The notes below the pieces were generated by a model that had not been told where the DNA came from, searched no databases, and saw only the letters and a program-made list of their open reading frames with translations. A program made the translations under genes and the position numbers. This document shows, piece by piece, positions 21,302 to 32,632 of a DNA stretch of 64,000 nucleotides. Positions within the stretch are counted from its first letter, which is position 1, and the number at the start of each line of letters is the position of its first letter. Source of the DNA: Candidatus Melainabacteria bacterium (GTDB lineage: Bacteria > Cyanobacteriota > Vampirovibrionia > Vampirovibrionales > Vampirovibrionaceae); NCBI GenBank assembly GCA_050247195.1, contig JBFWUP010000004.1, positions 64,537 to 128,536 on the forward strand. The letters run 5' to 3'.

Positions 21302-23284
21302 TCAGAGATCCAGTTCGAAACCCAGCAGACGGGTGATTTCGTCAATGGTGGTGAGTCCCGACAGCACCTTGCGTTTGCCGTCCATGGCCAGGGTCAGCAT
21401 CCCGTTGCGCACTGCTGTGTCCTGAATAGCGTGAATGGAGGCGTTGCTGTCGATCAGTTCCTGAATTTCGCGGTTCACGTTCATAATTTCATACAGACCC
21501 ACCCGGCCTTCATAACCGGAATGTTCGCACCGGTCGCACCCCGTCCCGTGGTATAACGTCACCGGTTCGGGCGTCTGAATTTTCATCAGCATTTTCTCTT
21601 CCGGGCTGGCCTCGTAAGAGACCTTGCACTTGCTGCAGACTCGCCGGACCAGACGTTGCGCCAGAATGCCGATGACCGACGAGCTGACCAGATAGTTGGG
21701 CGCGCCCATTTCCAGCAGGCGGCTGACCGTTTTGGCCGAGCTGTTGGTGTGCAGCGTGCTGAACACCAGGTGACCCGTAAGTGCGGCATGAATGGCGGCT
21801 TCCAGCGTTTCCTCATCACGGATCTCACCCACCAGAATCACATCGGGATCCTGACGCAGAATGGCGCGCAGACAGGTGGCGAAATTCAGTCCGGCCTTGT
21901 GAGACACCTGGGTCTGGTTGACGCCCGACAAAGGATATTCCACCGGATCCTCAATGGTGGTGATGTTGAGTTCCGGCGTGTTGATTTCCCGCAGACAGGA
22001 ATACAGCGTGGTGGTTTTCCCGGAGCCGGTGGGGCCCGTGACCAGAATAATGCCGTGGGGCGAGCGGATCATTTTGCTGAGCTGGGCGATTTCCGACTTG
22101 GGCAGGCCCAGTTTTTCCAGCCCGCCGGAGGTGGCCGTGGGCTTCAGCAGACGGATAACGATTTTTTCACCATACTGGGTGGACAGAGCGTTCACCCGCA
22201 TATCAATTTCCGTGGCGCCGTAAGCCAGGCGCATCCGGCCATCCTGTGGGCGGCGGCGTTCGGCAATGTCCATGCCACTGGCCACCTTGATGCGTGAAAC
22301 AACGGCGCCGGCCATCTTCTTGGGAATGGAATGCATTTCGCGCAGAATGCCGTGAATCCGGAAGCGGACCTGCAGACGCTCCTTCTGCGGTTCAATGTGC
22401 ACATCGGAAGCGTCTTTCTCAATGGCGTCCATCAGCACGGAATTCACCAGCTGCACCACCGGCGCGTCATCGGCCGCCATCTCGGCTTCCAGTTCGCTGG
22501 TCAGCCCTTCGGCGTAAATGCTGTTTTCAATATTGCTGTTTTCTTCCTCAAAGCGGGCAATGGCCTCCTGGCTGTTGGCCCGTTTGGCATAATACCGGTC
22601 CAGCAGCTGCGTCAGCTCGCGGTGGGTGGAAACACGCGGAATCGGCCGGTAGCCGGTCAGCAGTGCAATCTCATCCAGCACCTGCAGGTTGTCCGGGTGG
22701 GCCATCACCACTTCCATGCGGCGCATGGCTTTGTCCACAGCAATGGGAATGACCATATAGCGCTTGATAAAGTCCTCAGGAATCAGCGCCATGACCTCGG
22801 GCTGCAGTTCCAGCGTGCCGACTTCAATATATTTCAGGCCGTGCAGGCTCGCCAGCGCACTGCCGAGATCCGCCTCCGTCACGTAGCCCAGCTTAATCAG
22901 CACCGCCCCCAGCGGTGCCCCTGTGGATTTGGATTCCGTCAGCGCCTGCTCCAGCTGCTTGGCCGTCACGCAGCCGCTGTCCACCAGAATATCGCCAATG
23001 CGCCGCTTACCCGGCGCGGCTTTCCCCGGCTTACCCGGGTTGGCGGGCGCGCCCGGTTTGCCGCCCTGAGGGGGCGCAGGCGCTGGCGCGGCGCTGGCGG
23101 CAGGGGTGACGGGCTGGGGGGCCGCCTGTGAGGCCACCGTGGGTTCTGGAATTTCCGCCTCAGGCGCCGTATCCGGCGATTCCACCGCCCCATGCTGGCT
23201 GGTCAGCGTGTCCATGAGAGGGTGCTCCTGAACCGCCGGCCTGAAAGGCTGGGGTGACGTGGGCATGTGGTGATGCTGGCTCAT
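21302..23284 (-). CDS. pilB: Type IV pilus assembly ATPase PilB (GspE family) with an Ala/Pro-rich N-terminal extension
   Basis: It has a GSPII_E N-domain, a Walker A motif (GPTGSGKTTTL) and a C4 zinc motif. The N-terminal roughly 90 aa is low-complexity. Confidence 0.9.
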   Translation of the reverse strand: MSQHHHMPTSPQPFRPAVQEHPLMDTLTSQHGAVESPDTAPEAEIPEPTVASQAAPQPVTPAASAAPAPAPPQGGKPGAPANPGKPGKAAPGKRRIGDILVDSGCVTAKQLEQALTESKSTGAPLGAVLIKLGYVTEADLGSALASLHGLKYIEVGTLELQPEVMALIPEDFIKRYMVIPIAVDKAMRRMEVVMAHPDNLQVLDEIALLTGYRPIPRVSTHRELTQLLDRYYAKRANSQEAIARFEEENSNIENSIYAEGLTSELEAEMAADDAPVVQLVNSVLMDAIEKDASDVHIEPQKERLQVRFRIHGILREMHSIPKKMAGAVVSRIKVASGMDIAERRRPQDGRMRLAYGATEIDMRVNALSTQYGEKIVIRLLKPTATSGGLEKLGLPKSEIAQLSKMIRSPHGIILVTGPTGSGKTTTLYSCLREINTPELNITTIEDPVEYPLSGVNQTQVSHKAGLNFATCLRAILRQDPDVILVGEIRDEETLEAAIHAALTGHLVFSTLHTNSSAKTVSRLLEMGAPNYLVSSSVIGILAQRLVRRVCSKCKVSYEASPEEKMLMKIQTPEPVTLYHGTGCDRCEHSGYEGRVGLYEIMNVNREIQELIDSNASIHAIQDTAVRNGMLTLAMDGKRKVLSGLTTIDEITRLLGFELDL

Positions 23285-23426
23285 CGGGCCGGGGCTTCCT
23301 CAACAATGGGCGCAGGGTCCAACAACACTCCTGGATGTGGTTTAAAACCAATGGGAGCTGCCGGATCTCGCCTGTTTCCGGTGATCTTCCCTTGGGTGTC
23401 GGAACCTTGGGTATAATTCTTGAATA

Positions 23427-24332
23427 ATGGCCCATTTCTCCCTCCCCCCCACCCTCCAGGCCCTCCAGACGGCTGTCGGTCAGGCATTACAGCCCGTCTG
23501 CCTCAGTGAGGCCCACTGCTGGGCGGAAACCCGGCTGCTGCTGGAGGGCATTGGCCTGAGCGCACAGGATATCCTGCTCAACCCAGCCGGATCCCTCAGC
23601 GACAACCAGCGGATGCAGCTTACCGGCTTTCTGGAACGCCGTATCACCGGCCGGGAACCGGTTCAGTACATTCTGGGGCGGGCCCACTTTTACGGCTTGG
23701 CGCTGTCGGTCAGCCCGGCAGTCCTCATCCCGCGCCCGGAGACGGAAACCCTGGTTGAGGCCGCGCTGGCGCACTGCCAGGCATTCCCACCTGAAAGCGA
23801 CCCCCTGCGGATTGTGGATGTCGCCACAGGTTCCGGGGCCATTGCCCTGGCGCTTTACCACGAGCTGACGCAAGAAATGGGCCGCAGCGTCGCCATGACC
23901 GCCACGGACCTTTCCCCCGACGCGCTTGCCGTGGCCCGCGCGAACGCCGGCGCCCTCGGGTATCCGGTGGAATTTTATGAGGGGGATGGTTTGGGCGCGC
24001 TTTCCTGTGAAGCAACCTCACCACGCTATCACCTCATCGTCTCCAACCCGCCGTATGTGGACCCCGTACTGCGTGAAACGCTGCAGCCTGAGGTGGTGGC
24101 GCATGAGCCCGCTATGGCGTTGTTTCCGCCGGGGGACCGACTGGCGTTTTACCGTCGTCTGGCTGAGGGCGCCAGAAAACTGCTCCGACCCGGCGGGGCG
24201 CTGATGGTGGAAATTGGCGATGACCAAGGGCCTGCGGTGCGCGATATTTTCTCCGCCAGCGGCTATCAGCAGGTCCGTGTTGTCCCGGACCTGGCCGGCC
24301 GAGACCGGGTGGTTACGGGAATTCAGCCTTAA
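23427..24332 (+). CDS. prmC: Release factor glutamine N5-methyltransferase PrmC (HemK)
   Basis: It carries IVSNPPYV and an SAM-binding VDVATGSGAIAL motif. Confidence 0.85.
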   Translation: MAHFSLPPTLQALQTAVGQALQPVCLSEAHCWAETRLLLEGIGLSAQDILLNPAGSLSDNQRMQLTGFLERRITGREPVQYILGRAHFYGLALSVSPAVLIPRPETETLVEAALAHCQAFPPESDPLRIVDVATGSGAIALALYHELTQEMGRSVAMTATDLSPDALAVARANAGALGYPVEFYEGDGLGALSCEATSPRYHLIVSNPPYVDPVLRETLQPEVVAHEPAMALFPPGDRLAFYRRLAEGARKLLRPGGALMVEIGDDQGPAVRDIFSASGYQQVRVVPDLAGRDRVVTGIQP

Positions 24333-24606
24333 CTGCCTCTGCGCGGCCCCCTGGGCGGAAGGGGCTTGGCCATCACCTCCCTGAGATGCGCCCTACCCGG
24401 TGAAGCGGCGGCTGTGTCGTCCGCAGCTTTAAGGCGGCGTCCGCTCGGCTCACCATCAGTATTTCCCTGAGTCTGGCCACGGCGGCCCAACCCAAACATC
24501 ACTTGCATGGTCACTTCCTCACTGCCGGACTTCCGGCCTCACATCACGCTACCCATGTTAGGTAGGCAGGCACAGCGCGTCAAGCAAGACAGGGAAAGAT
24601 TGTGGC

Positions 24607-25068
24607 TTATTGCGACCGGAAAGGGAGAATCGTGGCATCATTTGCAGCCGGGTTACTGCCGGTTTTAAATTTCGGCGTGCGGAAAGCACGCAGGGCGCGC
24701 GTGATCAGCGGGTCGGCGGCATGCAGGTCGGTGCAGCGAAGCCCATGAACCCATTCCCACCGGTCTTTACCGGCTAGCGGTATTCGTTTGAAAACAGGAT
24801 TATCCTGATATTCAACATCCAGTTTGAGTACCAGTTCGTTGTTAATGACCTGAGGTCTGTAGGACATCCAGTATGTTAGACCGGAGGGGTCCTCCAGTTC
24901 CAGATGACTTCTCCGCAATTGTGACCGATGGAGAAGGTATGGCGCCTCTTTGCCATCGCGTTCACGAAGGCGTGCTTCAGTGCGCCGGAGAAAACGCTCC
25001 ATTCGGAGTTTCAAACCAGGCTTTGCAAAGGGACGGATATGCGTGACAGACATCGGGAATATATTCAC
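24607..25068 (-). CDS. Hypothetical protein
   Basis: This is a 153-aa ORF divergent from dnaK. No motif was recognised. Confidence 0.35.
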   Translation of the reverse strand: MNIFPMSVTHIRPFAKPGLKLRMERFLRRTEARLRERDGKEAPYLLHRSQLRRSHLELEDPSGLTYWMSYRPQVINNELVLKLDVEYQDNPVFKRIPLAGKDRWEWVHGLRCTDLHAADPLITRALRAFRTPKFKTGSNPAANDATILPFRSQ

Positions 25069-25239
25069 CTTATCAATACGGAGGGCTTTCAGAGTTTAAC
25101 GCCGATCAACAAAATTCTGTGCTGAAAGGCCGCTCTGAAACGGCTCTCGAATCCTTAAAACAATCTAAAGAATGCCCGGCGGCCGGGGTTTTTGCGATAA
25201 ATTGAAGGCTGAACCCATCAAACCAAAAGGATTTTTTGA

Positions 25240-27087
<1,848 letters not shown>

Positions 27088-27115
27088 GCCGAGGCAGTCA
27101 CTGCAAAAACGCATC

Positions 27116-27142
27116 AGACCGGTCCATAGGCCGGTCTTTTTG
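27116..27142 (+). terminator. Intrinsic terminator after dnaK
   Basis: The sequence agaccgg-tccatagg-ccggtct is followed by TTTTT. Confidence 0.5.
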
Positions 27143-27147
27143 CCTGC

Positions 27148-27288
27148 AAAAAAAATGCCCGCCGGTGGCAGGCAAAGTCTTGAGTAGAGTAAGTAGTAGA
27201 GTTAGAGTGTGTAGAAAAAATTGGAGTTGAGGTTTGTGTGGTATCCGCATAAAAACAGTCTTTTGGGTTTTTGTGCTAGTTTGTAACG
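27148..27288 (-). ncRNA. Putative small RNA module R1 (promoter-like motif, G-poor roughly 90-nt transcript, intrinsic terminator)
   Basis: It is the reverse complement of R2, matching over about 140 bp with one or two mismatches. It contains the ctagcacaaaaaccc…tgtttttatgcggata motif and a gcccgcc-acc-ggcgggc hairpin with a T-run. Confidence 0.3.
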
Positions 27289-27346
27289 TCATGTGTTTTC
27301 TATTTTCAGAATTATTTTCTGTTTTTAACAAATTTCTGCTGAATTC

Positions 27347-28183
27347 TTGAGCCCTCCGACCCTTTCCGGCACAATGGCAGAGCAGGCCAGTGAATACGGA
27401 GAGCCCCGACAGATGCCCCACAACGCCATGGAAACCGCCTATGCCGCGCCAGAGATAGCCTTTGGCCCTTGCGGCGAGCCGTGCGATTCCCCATGTGACT
27501 CTCCCTGTGAGGGCGGTGGGGAGGCCGAAGGCCGCCAGGGCTGGCTGCAGAAACTCCTCTGTACGGGTTTCAACAACGCCATTGATCTCTGCTTTGACGA
27601 CGTGTACGCCGAACCCAAAACCATCCTGATGGTGGGCGGCTGCCGCCAGCGAACCTTTGCCCAGCGCCTCGCCCTGATGCTGCCCGGCGCCGAGATTGCC
27701 ATGGTGGATCCCAGTGAGGAAGAGGCTGTGCGCGCCAAACAGGAAATCTGCTGCCGTTTTGAGTTTTTTGTGGCCCCCATGGACCGGCTGCCCTTTGAGG
27801 ACGGCCAGTTTGACCTGGTACTGGCCCATAATCTGGCCGAACTGCTCCCGCCGCAAACCTGGGAAAGCGGCCTGAAAGAGGTGTTGCGCGTGGCCGGCAA
27901 AAACGTGCTGCTCAGCCATCATCGCGGGGGACTGACCCGGGGGATGGAAAGCCTGCTGGGCCTGTGGCCCGGCGCCCCCAGCCGTCCGGTTCAGGCCGCC
28001 CTGAAAGCCGGCGGAATAACGCTGCCGCAGACTCCGGCCCCCAACCCCGCCGATGTGAGGGCGCAACTGCGCCAACTGGCCCCGCAATACGATTTCACCA
28101 CGGAACTCACCCCCTTTCCCTGGCACTTATATATGGGGGTTCACCGGCAGATTCTGGCCGAACACACAGCCCGAACCGCCTGA
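27347..28183 (+). CDS. Class I SAM-dependent methyltransferase with an N-terminal CxxxCxxxCxxxC cysteine cluster
   Basis: It has a Methyltransf_11-like core (ILMVGGC…DLVLAHNL) and an N-terminal GPCGEPCDSPCDSPCEGGGE segment. Inverted copies of the R module flank it. Confidence 0.65.
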   Translation: MSPPTLSGTMAEQASEYGEPRQMPHNAMETAYAAPEIAFGPCGEPCDSPCDSPCEGGGEAEGRQGWLQKLLCTGFNNAIDLCFDDVYAEPKTILMVGGCRQRTFAQRLALMLPGAEIAMVDPSEEEAVRAKQEICCRFEFFVAPMDRLPFEDGQFDLVLAHNLAELLPPQTWESGLKEVLRVAGKNVLLSHHRGGLTRGMESLLGLWPGAPSRPVQAALKAGGITLPQTPAPNPADVRAQLRQLAPQYDFTTELTPFPWHLYMGVHRQILAEHTARTA

Positions 28184-28239
28184 TTACCATCAATTTCAGC
28201 ATTTTCGGGGTAAAAAACCGCCCAAAACGCTTTAAATAG

Positions 28240-28391
28240 CGTTACAAACTAGCACAAAAACCCAAAAGCCTGTTTTTATGCGGATACCACACAAACCTCA
28301 ACTCCAATTTTTTTCTACACACTCTAACTCTACTACTTACTCTACTCAAGACTTTGCCCGCCACCGGCGGGCATTTTTTTTGGCCGTGAGC
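28240..28391 (+). ncRNA. Putative small RNA module R2
   Basis: It has the same promoter-like motif, a G-poor region (ccacacaaacctcaactccaatttttttctacacactctaactctactacttactctactcaag), a perfect gcccgcc-acc-ggcgggc hairpin and a T8 run. Confidence 0.3.
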
Positions 28392-28451
28392 CATCGTGGC
28401 AAGAAAGCCCCAAGAACAGCACTGCAAGTGGCCTTTATTTTGTTAATTTAC

Positions 28452-28568
28452 GGTTACAAACTAGCACAAAATTCAAAAATGGGGGTTTTATGCCCACAGA
28501 CAACACACTCTACTACTTACTCTACTCAAGACTTTGCCCGCCACCGGCGGGTTTTTTATTGGGCGCGG
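28452..28568 (+). ncRNA. Putative small RNA module R3 (diverged, shorter copy of R2)
   Basis: It contains ttacaaactagcacaaaa…ggttttatgcc…acactctactacttactctactcaagactttgcccgccaccggcgggtttttt. Confidence 0.3.
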
Positions 28569-29149
28569 GCCCCTGAAGCCGTATGGGCGGCAATCTCGGC
28601 GGTCTGCAGCGCACCCAGATACCGCAGCGGGTTGAGATACTGCTTCTTATAGTGCACCTCAAAATGCAGGTGCGGTCCCGTGGAACGCCCCGTGGACCCG
28701 ACGCCGGCAATGACCTGCCCACGCTGAACGGTTTGCCCGGCCTGAACAACCCAGCGGCTGAGATGGGCATACATGGTGTACAGCTGCTCTCCGTGATACA
28801 CCCAGACAATATTGCCGTAGCCCTTGTAGGGGCCAGCATACATCACCACACCCGGCTGGGTCACCTGAACCGGGGTGCCGGCCTGGGCGGCGATATCAAT
28901 GCCGCTGTGAAAACGGCTCCCCCCGTGCATCGGATCCTTCCGCCAGCCAAACTGGGAGGAAAGACGGCCGGCAACCGGGGAATACCGGTAATCCGTGGCG
29001 CTGTCGGCGCCGGGCAGCAGGGCGCACAGCAGCCCCAACGATGCCAGAAGACCCAGCGCCACAGGGCGCCGACCCACGCATCTGCGTACGGCTTGCAGCA
29101 ATAAACTCAGTGCCGGATTCTCCGTGAGGGACCTGATCCCGTTGTAACC
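28556..29149 (-). CDS. M23 family metallopeptidase
   Basis: It carries HSGIDIAAQAGTPV…YAHLSRWVV…GSTGRSTGPHLHFEV and an N-terminal TM segment. An internal Met was taken as the start. Confidence 0.8.
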   Translation of the reverse strand, partial: GYNGIRSLTENPALSLLLQAVRRCVGRRPVALGLLASLGLLCALLPGADSATDYRYSPVAGRLSSQFGWRKDPMHGGSRFHSGIDIAAQAGTPVQVTQPGVVMYAGPYKGYGNIVWVYHGEQLYTMYAHLSRWVVQAGQTVQRGQVIAGVGSTGRSTGPHLHFEVHYKKQYLNPLRYLGALQTAEIAAHTASGARAQ

Positions 29150-29150
29150 C

Positions 29151-29888
29151 ATGCCGTGCGCCTCCCGACTCCTGCGCCCGGGGGAGATCCGCCAGACGAA
29201 AAGGATGTTTTTTTCACCCGGGCAGGCTATGCTGTTGGGTGTTTCATCACCCAAACCGGATACCATGACCACGGCCGCAGCCACCCTTCTGTTTGAAACT
29301 GACGCCCTGAGCCTGCACCACCACCGCATGCCGGCCGCCGGGGAGCTGACTGTGGAAAAAGGCCCGCTGGTCCATATTCTGGTGATTTCGGGCGCCCTGA
29401 AAAACGAAACGGATCGCATTCACCCGGGTGCCGTCCTGACCTGCCCGGCCGGTGAAACCACCGTGCTGTCAAACCCGGGCCAGGAGCCGGCCACTTTTCT
29501 CACCCTGCAATGGCGCGGACAGCCCCAAAGCGCCCTGCCGGAACAATCCCCCACGGAAGTCCGCCCCTGGGGCAGCTTTACCGTCATCAGCGATGACCCC
29601 GGTTACAAAGTGAAGACGCTCACCGTCAGCCCGGCCGGCCGCCTGAGCCTGCAGCGCCACCAGAAGCGCGAAGAGCACTGGTTTGTACTGGCGGGCGCGG
29701 CCACCGTCACCGTCAATGAAAAAACGGAAACATTCTCGCCGGGCAGTTATATTCATATTCCCCTGCATGCGTGGCACCGGCTTGCCAACGAATCAGCAAC
29801 GCCGGTTGTGATTCTGGAAGTTCAGCTGGGTAGTTATTTTGGCGAAGACGACATTGAACGCAGCGCGGATGATTACGGCCGACATTAA
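29151..29888 (+). CDS. Bicupin protein (mannose-6-phosphate-isomerase-type cupin fold)
   Basis: The C-terminal half (RPWGSFTVI…KVKTLTVSPAGRLSLQRHQKREEHWFVLAG…) matches the type II PMI cupin. The start is uncertain. Confidence 0.55.
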   Translation: MPCASRLLRPGEIRQTKRMFFSPGQAMLLGVSSPKPDTMTTAAATLLFETDALSLHHHRMPAAGELTVEKGPLVHILVISGALKNETDRIHPGAVLTCPAGETTVLSNPGQEPATFLTLQWRGQPQSALPEQSPTEVRPWGSFTVISDDPGYKVKTLTVSPAGRLSLQRHQKREEHWFVLAGAATVTVNEKTETFSPGSYIHIPLHAWHRLANESATPVVILEVQLGSYFGEDDIERSADDYGRH

Positions 29889-29894
29889 TCCTGT

Positions 29895-31337
29895 TCAGGG
29901 CATGCTGAGCTGACTGAGATCCAGAGCCGGCGCATCGTACACCTTCGTGAGCGTGGCGCTGTCGCGCGCCGTGGGCAGCGGGTTCACGGGCACCGTGACA
30001 TTACGGCGGGAAACCATCGGCACATAGGATCGCCGCAGCCATTTGGGCGGAATATCCACCTGCTCCTGAGCCAGCACGGGATACATCACATCCTGCGGAT
30101 CATCGCTGTGGCCCCACAGGCCCAGGGCATGCCCCAGCAGATGCTGAAGCAGATGCATCCGGTATTCGCCCTGCAGCGGCCGGGCCATGGACAGGTTGAC
30201 CAGCAGCACGGTCCTGATCACCTGGGCGCCGGCCGGCCCCTGCCCCAGCCGGGTCACCGGGCGGACCAGTATGCCGTCGGGCGGAGATTCGCCGGACCAG
30301 CTGGCAATAATGTCGGCTTCCTGCTGCGTGGTCACCAGGCTGACAGGGAAAGTCCGGCGCCAGGCGGCAATGGCCTGGGTCAGTATGTCGGACTCCTCCG
30401 CGTCACCACCCTGAACGAAGACATTCACCGGCAGGTCATTCCAGCGCAGCAGCTGATTGCTGGCGGGCTTATTAATATTGTGGAAATAATCCCCCACGCT
30501 GATGGCCGATCCATCCGGCGCCAGACGTTTGGCCGACATCACCACACCCGAGGCGGACACATCAATGGGTGTCAGCATCGGCGCTTCCCGGCGGGTTTCG
30601 CGGCCCGGACGGGGCGTGGCTTCCCGGGTGGTGGCGATCACTGTACCGGTCCGTGAAAGTTTCACCCCTTTGGCCATCAGGGGAATGGTATAGGTCAGGC
30701 GCTCCAGGCGATCCTCCCACGGCTGTGTGGGGTTGGAGCGGCCAAAGGTATGTGTTTCCAGCCGGGCAACCCGGTTTTCCACCGGCTCATCCCCGTAATT
30801 CATCTGAAAAAGGCGTTGCTCCAGATAGTCCACCATCTTCATCTGATCGCCGGCCTCTTTCGCCTGGTTCTGGTGGCTGACCAGACTGGACAGACGGGAC
30901 AGACGGTCCTGCAGTTTGCCGGGCTGGGCGACACCGAGCAGGGATTGTTCGAGACGCTTGATGCGCGTCTGTACGGACTGATCCGCGTAGGTACGGCCGT
31001 AGGTTTTCTGTTCCAGGGCATTCAGATCCTGATTCAGGAGCGTGGAGCGCGGCCCGGTGAACACCCCATCCGGCAGTGCGCCGGCAGCCGACTGCAGCGG
31101 CACCGAGTAACGAAACAGGGTATTCGGGGTGGGCGCTCCGATTAAGGCGCCCGGGGGCTCTGTCCCCTGCGAAAACCCGGGCAGGGGACAAGCAGCCAGT
31201 ACCACCAATACCAGGAGTGCGGTGGAAACCGCAGCCAGAGCAGGCCCTTGGACGGGGCGGCCAGAATATCGGGGGCTGATCGGATACGGGGTCATGGCAT
31301 CGGGAACGAGGGGGTGGGGCACTCTCCGCTTCATCAT
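29895..31337 (-). CDS. Secreted protein with N-terminal RxxRLEQ-type repeats and a C-terminal zincin-like HxxGHxxGxxxH motif plus Met-turn
   Basis: It has a signal-peptide-like hydrophobic segment, four RIKRLEQSL, RLSRLSSL, RVARLETH and RLERLTY repeats, and …HLLGHALGLWGHSDDPQDVMYP…. Confidence 0.4.
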   Translation of the reverse strand: MMKRRVPHPLVPDAMTPYPISPRYSGRPVQGPALAAVSTALLVLVVLAACPLPGFSQGTEPPGALIGAPTPNTLFRYSVPLQSAAGALPDGVFTGPRSTLLNQDLNALEQKTYGRTYADQSVQTRIKRLEQSLLGVAQPGKLQDRLSRLSSLVSHQNQAKEAGDQMKMVDYLEQRLFQMNYGDEPVENRVARLETHTFGRSNPTQPWEDRLERLTYTIPLMAKGVKLSRTGTVIATTREATPRPGRETRREAPMLTPIDVSASGVVMSAKRLAPDGSAISVGDYFHNINKPASNQLLRWNDLPVNVFVQGGDAEESDILTQAIAAWRRTFPVSLVTTQQEADIIASWSGESPPDGILVRPVTRLGQGPAGAQVIRTVLLVNLSMARPLQGEYRMHLLQHLLGHALGLWGHSDDPQDVMYPVLAQEQVDIPPKWLRRSYVPMVSRRNVTVPVNPLPTARDSATLTKVYDAPALDLSQLSMP

Positions 31338-31490
31338 CCCCCCCTTGCCGCCTCAGGACAACCCCCAGGCAGGGGTCTTTGCCAATCCCCCATGCTTATG
31401 CTACGCTCGTGCCTCTGTCAGGGTCCTCACTGTCTACCCCTGGCGTTGCGATATTGACGAGACCCTGTGTCCCATCTGGAGGTTGAACCC

Positions 31491-31952
31491 TTGAATACCT
31501 ATGAAATTGTCCTGATCCTCAAGCCCGTGGTGGACGGCGACAACATCGACAATAATATGCGAGTCGTCGAGAAATCTCTCGATACCCAGAAGGCCAAGAT
31601 TATCCGCCGCGAAAAACTGGGACGTCGTCGCCTCTCCCACGAGATCAACAAATATAAAGACGCCTTTTATATGTCTCTGGTGGTGGAAATGGACGCCGAC
31701 AAAGTCCAGGAATTCCGCCGCGACTGCCACCTGAGTGATGATGTGCTGCGCGTGATGGTGATCCGCCTGACCAAATTTGACCCCAACGCCGAGAGCCGTC
31801 GTTTCCGCACCGAACGGCCCGAGCGCGACGAGCGTGGTGACCGGGGTCCTCGCGGAGACCGGGGCGACCGGGGTCCGCGCCGTGATTTCGGCGATCGGGG
31901 CGACCGTCCGGATCGGGGCGACCGCCCGCCACGCGGACGCGTCTCGGCCTGA
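31491..31952 (+). CDS. rpsF: 30S ribosomal protein S6 with an Arg/Asp/Gly repeat C-terminal tail
   Basis: A GGAGG Shine-Dalgarno lies 8 nt before a TTG start. The product begins LNTYEIVLILKP… and ends in the tail …RGDRGPRGDRGDRGPRRDFGDRGDRPDRGDR. Confidence 0.85.
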   Translation: MNTYEIVLILKPVVDGDNIDNNMRVVEKSLDTQKAKIIRREKLGRRRLSHEINKYKDAFYMSLVVEMDADKVQEFRRDCHLSDDVLRVMVIRLTKFDPNAESRRFRTERPERDERGDRGPRGDRGDRGPRRDFGDRGDRPDRGDRPPRGRVSA

Positions 31953-32099
31953 CACAGATTTTCCGGAAACCCGCCCACAGTGGCGGGTTTCTCGTACCCA
32001 TTACAATTCCCGGCCGGGGCTTCATAAACCCTTCCCACACCGGGGTGTTCTGGCTACTCTTAAAAGCAAGCAATTGATTAACGATTTGGAGGGCAGTTT

Positions 32100-32603
32100 A
32101 TGAGTCTGGCCAAGGCAACGGTAACCGGCATTCTGGCATCCGATCCGGAAAAGCGGTTTACGCCGAACAACCATGCAGTCACCACCTTTAACATCACGGT
32201 GGAAAATCCGCCTTTCGGCAAGCAGACGGCGCCCACTTTCTTCCAGGTTCGCATCACCTGCTGGCGCGGTTTGGCCGAAAGCGCCGAACAGATGCTGAAA
32301 AAAGGCGACGTGGTTCTGATTGACGGCAAACTGATCATCAACAGCTACCAGACACCCGAAGGGGTTCAGAAGCGCAACTATGAAGTGGAGGCCAATACGC
32401 TCCACAAACTCAGCGGATCACCCCAGGCAATTCAACCGGCTGTAGGTACCCCGGCTGCGGTTCAACCGGTTTCGGTTCAGGCTGGCTCTGTGCCCGCACA
32501 GCAGGCAACGGTTGCCGCCGCACCGGCCCAGTCTCCGGCTCAGGCGCCGGCCGGCAACTATGATTTTCTCTCCGACACCACGGAAGATGACATTCCGTTC
32601 TAA
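32100..32603 (+). CDS. ssb: Single-stranded DNA-binding protein
   Basis: It has an OB-fold N-domain, a Gln/Pro/Ala-rich linker and the acidic tip DDIPF. Confidence 0.9.
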   Translation: MSLAKATVTGILASDPEKRFTPNNHAVTTFNITVENPPFGKQTAPTFFQVRITCWRGLAESAEQMLKKGDVVLIDGKLIINSYQTPEGVQKRNYEVEANTLHKLSGSPQAIQPAVGTPAAVQPVSVQAGSVPAQQATVAAAPAQSPAQAPAGNYDFLSDTTEDDIPF

Positions 32604-32632
32604 CCTGCACAAACGGTAAAAGGTCCACAAAA

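Noticed and set aside
27148-28391. The methyltransferase flanked by 140-bp inverted repeats could be a site-specific invertible (phase-variable) element or a MITE with cargo.
   Set aside because: No recombinase, transposase or target-site duplication is visible. The repeats are better explained as inverted copies of an expressed sRNA-like module. RecA-mediated inversion remains possible but is not claimed.
28278-28652. A 124-aa ORF with the internal duplication …STTYSTQDFARHRR… lies here.
   Set aside because: It is read straight through the R2 and R3 repeat modules and their terminators, so it is an artefact of the repeats.
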